This document shows, piece after piece, positions 1 through 10,460 of a DNA stretch of 64,000 bases. This DNA comes from Macrostomum lignano (lineage: Eukaryota). Both the position numbers and the translations under genes were made by a program. The notes under the pieces are model-generated. The model had not been told where the DNA came from, did not search any database, and worked only from the letters and a program-made list of their open reading frames with translations. The DNA lies in contig NIVC01001062.1 in NCBI GenBank assembly GCA_002269645.1, forward strand, positions 248,001-312,000, written 5' to 3'. Each line of letters starts with the position of its first letter. The stretch's first letter is position 1.

Positions 1-371
1 TCTTGTGTCACCATTGACTGATTTGTGCTGACAGTGTCTTGTGTCACCATTGGTCACTGATTTGTGCTGACAGTGTCTTGTGTCACCATTGACTGATTTG
101 TGCTGACAGTGTCTTGTGTCACCATTGACTGATTTGTGCTGACAGTGTCTTGTGTCACCATTGGTCACTGATTTGTGCTGACAGTGTCTTGTGTCACCAT
201 TGGTCACTGATTTGTGCTGACAGTGTCTTGTGTCACCATTGACTGATTTGTGCTGACAGTGTCTTGTGTCACCATTGGTCACTGATTTGTGCTGACAGTG
301 TCTTGTGTCACCATTGACTGATTTGTGCTGACAGTGTCTTGTGTCACCATTGACTGATTTGTGCTGACAGT
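1..371. repeat. Tandem minisatellite of mixed 36/39-bp units (TCTTGTGTCACCATTG[GTC]ACTGATTTGTGCTGACAGTG); runs off the window start
   Basis: Units start at 1, 37 and 76; the two lengths differ by a GTC insertion. Confidence 0.95.
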
Positions 372-1085
372 GTTAATACTGACAAATGGTGATGCTGAAA
401 CTAAAACTATGATATCATCTTTAAGCAATTACACAAGACGCAGAAATTAAAAACATTTTTAATTTTTCAAAAAAGTTTTCAAAAACAGTGAAAAGCAAAT
501 AAACTTGTTGATTTATTGCAATGTAAAATAGAATTGACTTTAAACTAAAATTATTATTGTCAAAATTAAATTTCTCACACATGGACGACTAAAGTAAAAG
601 GACGGTAGCTAATTTTCTAAACAAAAAGCTCTGTGGAAATCAATAGAGCTATAGGAATGGCAAGCCATAACATAAGATGAACATTGCGCCTGCTTCCTAT
701 CAAAAGCAACAATCAACAATTTTTGTCCTGAGAAAATGTAAAGCTCCATTCTCCGTAATGTTTTTTGTCGGTAAAACCGGCCTCCTAAAATTTTCTAAGG
801 AATATAGGTTCCAGTCCTACTTGCTTGAGTAGTTCTTGGAGCATACTAAATGCACTAGCGATACGACAAATATACGTTCTTTTCCGATCTGCAGCTCATT
901 TCTTAGAATATCGAGTCAAGAGTCCTTCTACTTCAGTTGTCCATGGTCTCAAATCACTAGAGCAAACGATATTTTAATTACAAATTTTGTTGGAACGGTG
1001 ACAAAAACAGTATCTTTGACTAAATTTGTAAAAAGTTTCAGTGAATATTCAAAATTATTCGTGCCGATTGGTTTGACCAGACGCA

Positions 1086-1643
1086 TCAGATGAGCTTCCG
1101 GTCTTTTCCAGTGTTCATAGAGTGGTTCCGGTACATGCCGCACTTTCCAAGCTTCTGTGAAATTTTAATCAAAGTATAGCTGGTTGTTAATGAATTGCAA
1201 GACCCAATCTACTGCGCTGCTAAATGGGAGGTCTCAACCAAGGAGCACCGGGCTAACTAATTAGAGAGCCAATTCTCTGACCATGTCTAAATATCAATTT
1301 ATCGATCTTGAATTCACGTGTTATTCGACATTTCAAAGCTCTCCTCTTGGGGGGCCTTTTTAAGATGATTTTGCATCTAATAAGCGTTGCTCACCTCAGA
1401 GAAAGTCTGAGACACCGGATGGAATGTAGTTGGCATTGTGTGCACTGTGGGCGACATTTTCCCGTAATCCGATGCAGTGGTGCGGTACATTGGATGTACC
1501 GGTTTAACGTTGCCGTACCCTTTAAACCAATCCGGATTGTCAAACCTGTCGGGAATGTTCTGTACGGCGTAGTACTCGGATGTCTTGCTGCCTTGCGGTA
1601 CCCCGCCTGGGCCTGTCGCGTTTGACGAGTCGCTTGAAGCCAT
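1086..1643 (-). CDS. PIERCE1: Piercer of microtubule wall 1 (C9orf116/PIERCE1-like) ciliary microtubule inner protein, 2 exons, 105 aa
   Basis: Exon 1 is 1643-1395 and ends TCT GAG|gtgagc. Exon 2 is 1154-1086 after tttcacag| and reads KLGKCGMYRNHSMNTGKDRKLI*. The motifs RFDNPDWFKGY, YRTTASDYG, PTVHTMP and GMYRNHSMN match my recollection of the C9orf116 family. Confidence 0.85.
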
Positions 1644-3241
1644 CGTGCACGACCTGTAAGCTGGAGGCAGTTAATGGAACAGTCTGCGATGTAAATTGAA
1701 AAAAGTTTAGACTATATCTAGGAATGAAATTTTAGCCTTGAAATGAAAAATATAATATTATCGAAGTTTTTGGACATTAAATGCCGAAATTTCATGGCTC
1801 ACGAGGGAATTTCTGAGATAACAATGCTCATGGGGGAGTTGCTGAGATGTCAAGACTCACGGCTGGGAATAGATGATATGCCAATTGTCGATTGGAAGTT
1901 TTTGATAGGCCAAGCATCAAACGGAGTGTTTAAGAGTTGAGTTTAAGCCACAGCTTCTACAAATTTATATTTGTAGCTAAAAGGGGGTGCTGATATCTTC
2001 GGCTAGGTAGCTGCATGGCTTTTTTGCTTAAAAACCATATAGAAACTAACATTCATTTAGAAACCGACTGTATAAGGACAAAAGATAAATGTGGTTTCTT
2101 CAATTTCTTCATTGAAAATTTTTTGTTAGCTCCCTAACGGAAGGGGTGATTAATTGCTTTTTAATAAAGATCTTCTAAAACTAAAAGATTTAAAGAGCTA
2201 AGTAGCTAAAAATCAACCGTATCAATCAATTCAACTTAGAAGTTTAAATAATAGATCTATCTTAAAGCAATTGTTTTGGCATTTAAATTTTATTTAGGAA
2301 AGTCTAAGTCCAATAATTCATAATAAGATAAAAATGTTGCAAATATTAGCTTTCACTTATGATTGCTTTCTTCTAAATATTAAACAGTTTAGAAGAAAGT
2401 TTAAAGTTCACTTTTTAAAGTTTAGTCAAAGCTGAACTTTCGACTGTTAATTCACTAATAAAAAATAATGTAAAATATGATATTCTAGCTCATTTTTCAA
2501 TCTACAGTGACTATAGAAGCAAATAAATCTACATTTTGTCTACACCCAGCTTAATTTATCAGCAAAACATGAAGACCAATTGTTTTTTAAATAGAATATA
2601 AATTATTTCGGTGGTTACAAAAGGGACAGTATCTCATAACTCATTATCCATTAATTTTTACGGGCAAAAAACAAACTGCAATTCGAATACGAATAGATCA
2701 AGCAGATGAGTAATTTGTCATTGGAATCAGCATATATAGTGTGCACTGTTTTATGATATATATATCTCATACTCAGTATGTCCAATAATGAGAGGAAAAA
2801 CTGAGACTGAAAACGTACAGTTAAAATGTTGATGGATACAATAAGAAAAACAAAACTTTGTAAATAATTATTTTTATAGTAAAGAAAGTATTGTAGGTTA
2901 TTTTTTTGTGAATTTTAAACAAGAAAAGTTAATTCTTATTTTACTGAAGACTTCTGTGATAAACTAGAATGACTCGTCATTCTTTTTCGAAGAAGTTTTT
3001 CATTCTGTTTTATTTAAAGTGTTAAGACAAGTTATTGTTTCAATCGAGCCTTCCTTTTGGCCATTGGCCTCATAACTGACTTATCAAAGTAGAAAGTTCT
3101 TAATTTTTAGCCTTCTCTTAGCGCTAGTGCAAAGTGCACTGTCCCGATCGGACAGTTTCTAATTTTGTGTCAAATAGATAAGATAGGCTAGATAAACTAA
3201 TAGATTAAGACACGACACGAAAACATTGATTTGGCCTAATC

Positions 3242-6200
3242 ATGGTCTATGTTACCCCGTCGGGTAAGTTTTATTGATTATTAAAAAATAATAAGTTTTT
3301 AACTTGAATACATTTCCTTTATGTCCTTTAGGCTTTATTAATTAATATCTTTGCACTTGTAAGCAATTATTGTTGAAGCACTTCATAGTATAAGTTAGGT
3401 CTAGGAGCAGGGTTAGGAGGCCTACTAGGCCTAGGCCTATTGCCTATGATTTATAGGCCTAGGCCTATAATATGGTTTTGCTGAACATACTAGGTCTAGG
3501 CCCTATGGCTATGCCCTAATCTGTGTGTCCATTTATTTTTCTTTAGAAAATATATAACTATAACTATATAGGGCGATTTTCCTCTTTCGTTCGTTGAATT
3601 GTTTTTTCGATTTGAATCGGTGCGTAGACGCGAAAAAGTGACGTGGCAGCATTTGAAATTGTGCCTATTGAAAAAATGATGTGGCAGTAGTGGAAAGGAC
3701 ATGGGGTTGCTGCTGACACATGTCTATGGCACTACTCACCTACTCGGTTCGTGGCGGAGTATAGGCAGCAGCTTGCACTCGCTCCTTGCTCCCCTTCCCA
3801 CTCTCGCATGAGCTTTGACTTATCGCATTGAGTCTTCACTTGTTAAATTTTATTAAATTTTACTCGAACTGCAACATGGCTGGGCGCCCAGCGGCACCTA
3901 CATTCATCGTCCCTCCTGGACAACTGCGTCCCTCGCTGGAGCTATGCGACATAAACTTTACGATGCGCAAGCTGGCCAACATCACAGTCCCAGCATCCCA
4001 TTACTGTCGTTTTCTGACATTACTCAGTAGTCACAACTTGTTTCTGTCGAAAAAATAATTTAACGAACGAAAGAGGAAAATCGCCCTATATAGGCCTATG
4101 CCAAGTTATGCTGAAAGTGAAAATTGCAATGTGATTGTCATATATGCCAAAATTAAAAAATTATGCAATTTTACTTTTGCATTACAACAATAAAAGACCT
4201 TTTTCCATTTTTATGTTTGACATTTAAATTTAGATTATAACAAAATATGTTTTGTGTCTATTATTCCTTTAGGCCTAGGTTTATAATAACTTACAGTTAT
4301 ATAAAGTCCTGGTACTAAAATTATTTTAAATAGCATAATCACATTCTATTAATATTATTTTTTTATTTCCACTCCTGTCAATGTCATGTTTGAACTACAA
4401 CCTTTCTTTGAAATGTTGATATCTTTTGTTACAGAGACTGACGATACTTGCGTTTTTAAATAGCTTTTTGTATAATACTTTTTTGTACAGCAAATGCAAT
4501 TTTGTTGTATACCCAGTATGCCAAATGCATTTTTTAAGATTTGAGCATGCCAAATGAATGTTAAATGAACTATGAAAGGCTAATGCATGCTGGAATTTTC
4601 AAGCAAAAAGGCCACCTTTTTGACTGGCTTGCATGCATAGCAACCATTTACCCAATGTTTTAATTGTATATATGGCAGCTATCTTATATACAATAAGTCA
4701 TACTGTTTAAACTACTATTTGAATTAAGCTTAACAAAAATTAACAATGAATTAAGATTACATTTGGCATATGTATACATGGTGTACATGGGATAAAACAT
4801 TATAAAACAATGCAGTATTGACAGTTTTTTAAAATTAGGTTTAGTTAGTAGTAACAGGGGGTTTTCCTCTGTCTCTATAGATGATCTAACTGCTGTTATC
4901 AAGTTGTAACAGGCCTATTGGCTCTTTTTCTATAAAATCCTAATTGCTCACACCAGTTGTAATAGGGTTAAACTTCTATGCTCTCTTAATGTACTTTTGC
5001 ATAAATGTACTTGGTAGTGGGACTACTTTTCTATTCTACTTCTATATTGGTAGCATCTATCTATCTATTATATGTATTGTACTCTTGGCCTGAGCAGTCT
5101 TTTGGCACTTTATGTTCCTACTATTTACTCCTCTAGAGATTTTCTCTCAGTCCTGGGCATTCCCTAGATTGGAGGGTCACAGCCTTTATGCAATTTTCTT
5201 GCCTTAAAGTGGTTCTTTTGCCCTGAGTCAACCTTTATGCTCTATAATGGTTAATGCCCTGAGGTGACTCTCACTCTTTAGCAGTTTTCTAATACTCAAA
5301 TACTCAAAAGGAAATGACTAAGTCCTTCAAACACTGCAAATAGCAATTTAGTAAAAAGACTAAATTGATTGTACTTGCAAAACTTGCAGAAGAGGCAACA
5401 GACAAAACTGTCCAAGCTCCAAGTTGCTCTAGGGTTGCTCTTCTTGGCCCCTTACTGGCCCTCTATTTATATTGCTTGCATGATATATTTAAAACAAAAT
5501 TTTATTTCATAAACTATTATTTGCTTTCACAACATTTAAGCTAAAAGTATACTAATTTCTTTTTAGTGTAAATTCAAATACAGTATTTTCTAAGAAAAAG
5601 TTTCATAAATGTAGTTAATATCTATACTGGAAGTTATTCTATATTATAAAATGCGGCACACTACATCAGTAGCAATGTGGGGATTTGAGAGAAAGGGTCC
5701 AATTTACTAGGCCTATAGCTATACTGCAGCCAACCCAGATTCTAAAAGGTTACATGTATGCTAGAAAATTCCAGTGTACAAATGACCCCTTTCAAAGTTG
5801 GCATATAAATTCATTCAATTTTTTGGTGTATAAATTTTGGCATACAAATTCATGCCAATTTTTTGCATACAAATTTTGGTAAATAAATTCATGCCATGCA
5901 TGAAAACAGTAATGCAAATTAATGTATTACATAAAATTAAGGAAAATTTGTATAGTCTATAAAGTCAATGATAAACTTTTTGCTTCTATGAATTAAATAG
6001 CAAATAAAATGAGTAAACAAAGTACTAAGAATCTTGGTGGTTGGTTACTGAAGTTGGTTATATTGCTTAGATTGCATAGAGTCTAAAATCTTCTATATTC
6101 TTCTATATTCTAGATAGATCATGTTGTAAGTTCGCTGACTACTCAAATAAAATAAAATTTTGTTAGAACTCAACTCTTAACTTTATTGTTTCTGTAAGAT

Positions 6201-7646
6201 ATGATTATTTAATTAACAATTAAAACAAATTTTAGGCGAGATCATGGAGCAGCGACCATGGAAGATGCCAAACATTTTTAACTGGGCCAGCAGCTTTGTA
6301 CAAGGAGTTGTTATGTTGTAAGTATCTTTATTGCTCCTCTGTGTCTATTTTGTTTATTTATAGCATCTTGTAAAGCTCTTTTAATACCTTATCTGAATTT
6401 TATTGCAGCTTCCAAACATTGATTCCTTTTGATGTGAGTACAAATTTATTTTATCGAATTCTTTCTACTATAGTTAATTAGAATTCAATTTATCAATTCA
6501 CAAGTTAGATACAAAATTTTAATTTCCCATCAATCAGCTGACAAGCAGTGGCTCGCAGGCCAATCGCTACGGCTCAGACTATCGGGCGCCATCGCGCTCT
6601 GCAGCACCTGGCGGAGCAGCCAATGGCAGTGCCCGACGCAGATTTGGCGGATTCAGAGGCAGTAAGAGATGTGATTTTGGTTTTTAGTAGTAGAAGTAGT
6701 AGCAGCAGTAGTAGTAGTATTAGCATTAGTAGTAGTAGAATTAGTATAGCTTTTTGCAGCCCATTTGGGCTTACGCGCATTGAATTTAATCCAAGATACG
6801 TTTGCCAATGTAACAGAGCTTTTGTCTATGGTAGCAAGGCTGGCACAGCGACATTTAATTTGGTCCAACAAGCATCAATTTGGTCCATTTAGTTCATTTG
6901 CAGCTCAGTCCCAGAATTGTGGACCATATGCTAGGCTGTTGAACGAATGTCATTGGCTTGTGATCGAAGCACTCGACGGAGGTGAACACCCTAAGGACAT
7001 TGCAAGGTTGCTGAATGTAAAAGAAAAGGTGGTTTACAGCATCCAGCAGCGCCTTGAAACTCTGCCGGCAGAGATTGCCTGCGAAAGGGTGGCAATCGCC
7101 AAGGCAAGTTGCTCGAGAGCCTCAGGTCCAACTGCTACTCGATGCAGTGGAGACGAACCCTTTGTTGACGTTTCCGAAATGCAGCAGAAGTTGAGGGAAC
7201 AGCTCCAGTTGGTTATCAGATTTCGACTATCAGCAGAGCTCTGGAAAAGCAACTGAAAATTTTTGGTAGAGACGCTGACATTCCAGCGGTGCGCAACAAC
7301 CTGCAGACGGTTGAGAGAAGGCAAGAATTTGTCCAATGGCTCACGAGTGTTTGGACCAAATGGCAAAAGCTCTGTTACATTGGCAAACGTATCTTGGATT
7401 AAATTAAATGCGCGTCAGCCCAAATGGGCTGCAAAATGCTATAGTAGTAGCATTAGTAGTAGTAGAATTCGTAGTAGTAGCATTAGTACTAGTAGTAGTA
7501 CGAGTAGTAGTACTAGTTGTAGTAGTAGTAGTTACATTAGCTGCCTACTGTAACCATATTAATGTCTATTCTAATTACAACAAATTTCTCAAATTTCAGC
7601 GGACGCTCCGAGCGCTCCGCCGTGCGTCGGTGGCGGATGAGGTTAA
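3242..7646 (+). CDS. SELENOK: Selenoprotein K, 5 exons, 99 aa with Sec (UGA at 7638-7640) as the penultimate residue
   Basis: Exons 3242-3263, 6236-6317, 6409-6433, 6538-6661 and 7600-7646. All introns are GT-AG and phase-consistent; total 300 nt. Protein: MVYVTPSGEIMEQRPWKMPNIFNWASSFVQGVVMFFQTLIPFDLTSSGSQANRYGSDYRAPSRSAAPGGAANGSARRRFGGFRGTDAPSAPPCVGGGUG*. The MVY start, PW motif, single TM segment ending FFQTL, G/R/P-rich tail and GGUG end are SelK hallmarks. A SECIS lies downstream. Confidence 0.93.
3571..4086. mobile_element. 516-bp MITE / non-autonomous DNA transposon in SelK intron 1
   Basis: 40-bp terminal inverted repeats at 3571-3610 and 4047-4086 (GGGCGATTTTCCTCTTTCGTTCGTT..., 2 mismatches). 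TATATA on both flanks is compatible with a TA target-site duplication. No transposase ORF. Confidence 0.88.
6747..7441 (+). mobile_element. Non-autonomous Tc1/mariner-like element, copy 1, in SelK intron 4
   Basis: Long TIRs TAGCTTTTTGCAGCCCATTTGGG... / ...CCCAAATGGGCTGCAAAATGCTA flanked by TA, inside a (TAG)n tract. The interior encodes an HTH-like remnant IEALDGGEHPKDIARLLNVKEKVVYSIQQR with no DDE/D domain. A near-identical copy lies at 53143-53884. Confidence 0.85.
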
Positions 7647-8027
7647 TTGCGGCTCTCCCGATTAAATTGGACCGCATCAGGTGGCTGGCTTTTATTGTAG
7701 CTGGTGAAAAGTTTTGTGCAACCTCGCCAGCTATGTTGCCATCCGCCTGTTGTCGCGGTTCAACTGGTTGAGAGCTGCAGTGTCTCTTGGAGTTTTCATT
7801 TTCAATTCAGAACGAACTTTCATTTCCATTGCGTTTCAGCTTCAGTTTTAAATAGAATTTACTTTATTCAGGTGACTAACATTTCTGTACTACTACTAGT
7901 AGTAGTAATAGTATCATTAAAAAAAGTGTTAAAATTTTCCTGGTAATTTTAAAGGTGGGCAGTTTTAATTAGTAAAGTTACGTATTAAAGTTTTATGGCG
8001 GTTAGTTAGTCTGATGAAAATAAATCT

Positions 8028-8467
8028 ACTCATGAGAATCGCCTTCCAATCTGAATCTACTCTCGTGAGAATCGCCCTCCAATCTGAATCTATTCTCATG
8101 AGAATCGCCCTCCAATCTATAAATATATTCTCATGAGAATCGCCCTCCAATCTATGAGTCTACTCTCATGAAAATCGCCCTCCAATCTGAATCTACTCTC
8201 ATGAGAATCGCCCTCCAATCTATAAATATATTCTCATGAGAATCGCCCTCCAATCTATAAATATATTCTCATGAGAATCGCCCTCCAATCTATAAATATA
8301 TTCTCATGAGAATCGCCCTCCAATCTATAAATATATTCTCATGAGAATCGCCCTCCAATCTATAAATATATTCTCATGAGAATCGCCCTCCAATCTATAA
8401 ATATATTCTCATGAGAATCGCCCTCCAATCTATAAATATATTCTCATGAGAATCGCCCTCCAATCTA
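8028..8467. repeat. 35-bp tandem minisatellite (CATGAGAATCGCCCTCCAATCTATAAATATATTCT) between the SelK stop and the SECIS
   Basis: Period 35 (8221 to 8256), about 12 copies, degenerate at the 5' end. Confidence 0.95.
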
Positions 8468-8983
8468 TCTTAATTTACTAAAATCAAGCCTAATAAAGGC
8501 ATTGCTTTGCGCTGGTAATTTCCACTTTAAATTCACACCCTTACCGCCCGGCTGTACACAGTTGACCAAAACAAAAGACTTTTTTGATTTTGTTTAAAAC
8601 TATACAACCTATTTAATTCTGATTAATTGTTCAAATTTTTGTCCGTTTTTAATAGTCATATTGTTTAGTATAGCCATGACTATTTCAAAATTTTGTTTGT
8701 TTTTATTTTTAAAAAAATATCTAGCTGTCAATGTTTTTTCTGTTGTTGCTGACCAACTCGAGTCACAGTCTGTACACTGTCCGGGGGTTCCTATTCTCTC
8801 TAGTCCAGCGAATCTCACCGCGAAAAAAGTGGAAATTACATGCCGAATTTGCAATGACAATATTTATATTATGATTAGAAAAGAAAATACGCTAGATATT
8901 CAGTTAACACTACTGCCGCCACGGATTCAAGTAGTAATATGAAAATATTTTTTTTTCGCATCATTAATAAAGTTTTTCCTATA

Positions 8984-9082
8984 ATGGTTCGCGCTGCCTA
9001 ATGACGCCATCCGAGGTAAACGGAATCATTTGTTCCGGCTTGGATTTGGCTGATAACGAAAGAAAAGCTGCCGTGAGCCCAT
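8984..9082 (+). promoter_or_regulatory. Type-2 SECIS element (selenocysteine insertion sequence), most likely serving SELENOK
   Basis: Core ATGAC 9001-9005 opposite TGAT 9051-9054 (tandem G.A pairs). Helix II is GCCATCCGAG / CTTGGATTTGGC. Apical AAA at 9018-9020, then mini-stem CGGAA/TTCCG. An imperfect helix I (ATGGTTCGCG / CGTGAGCCCAT) closes it. Confidence 0.9.
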
Positions 9083-9595
9083 TCTATTTTCTGTACCAAT
9101 AATATGTAATAATTTCGTTACGTAATCTTATTTTAAAAGTACACATTGTTATGTATAGTATATGCGATCTGCCTTAAATTTTCAGTAATTATCTCTATGA
9201 AGTTTCTTTAGTGAAATACTACTGAATAGTAAAGCTGATTGATTGCGATTGTCTAATCCTTATTTGAGTGTGATTTCCCGTAAATTTTGATTTTTAATTA
9301 TCAATTTTCAAGGTGATTGAGTATTAAAAAATTAATGAGCAAATCAAATTTCAAACAAATAAATACTGCCAAATTAACGATTTTAAGCTGTCATTGGTCT
9401 TATTTAATAATAGTTTTCTTAAGTTTTATTTATTTATTTCTTACTTTTATACAGTTAGATCACTTTCATCAGTCAATAGATTCCTACGGGGTAAATTCTA
9501 ATAAAGAGAGCTTTGCCGTGTATTGGGAGAAAGTTTAAGTGCCTTTGTTTTTTAGTGTCTGTTGTGGAAGGACTTCAAGTAGGCTTCTCACTTTC

Positions 9596-10460
9596 CTTGA
9601 CTTATGTCTGGCCTTTAGTGTCTATGGTCGAATCATCTCCGGTGGGCTTCTCCTCCCGTTCCCTTGACTTATGTCTGGCCTTTAGTGTCTATGGTCGAAT
9701 CATCTCCGGTGGGCTTCTCCTCCCGTTCCCTTGACTTATGTCTGGCCTTTAGTGTCTATGGTCGAATCATCTCCGGTGGGCTTCTCCTCCCGTTCCCTTG
9801 ACTTATGTCTGGCCTTTAGTGTCTATGGTCGAATCATCTCCGGTGGGCTTCTCCTCCCGTTCCCTTGACTTATGTCTGGCCTTTAGTGTCTATGGTCGAA
9901 TCATCTCCGGTGGGCTTCTCCTCCCGTTCCCTTGACTTATGTCTGGCCTTTAGTGTCTATGGTCGAATCATCTCCGGTGGGCTTCTCCTCCCGTTCCCTT
10001 GACTTATGTCTGGCCTTTAGTGTCTATGGTCGAATCATCTCCGGTGGGCTTCTCCTCCCGTTCCCTTGACTTATGTCTGGCCTTTAGTGTCTATGGTCGA
10101 ATCATCTCCGGTGGGCTTCTCCTCCCGTTCCCTTGACTTATGTCTGGCATTTAGTGTCTATGGTCGAATCATCTCCGGTGGGCTTCTCCTCCCTCCCCTT
10201 GACTTATGTCTGGCCTTTAGTGTCTATGGTCGAATCATCTTCGGTGGGCTTCTCCTCCCTCCCTTTGACTATGTCTGGCCTTTAGTGTCTATGGTCGAAT
10301 CATCTCCGGTGGGCTTCTCCTCCCGTTCCCTTGACTTATGTCTGGCCTTTAGTGTCTATGGTCGAATCATCTCCGGTGGGCTTCTCCTCCCTCCCTTTGA
10401 CTATGTCTGGCCTTTAGTGTCTATGGTCGAATCATCTCCGGTGGGCTTCTCCTCCCTTTG
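9596..10460. repeat. 67-bp tandem minisatellite, about 13 copies
   Basis: CTTGACTTATG recurs at 9596, 9663 and onward. The ORFs here are repeat translations. Confidence 0.95.

Noticed and set aside
7678-7749. Canonical SECIS call for the first 3' UTR hairpin
   Set aside because: It lacks the UGA/GA kink-turn core and lies only about 38 nt from the UGA; kept only as a SECIS-like finding.
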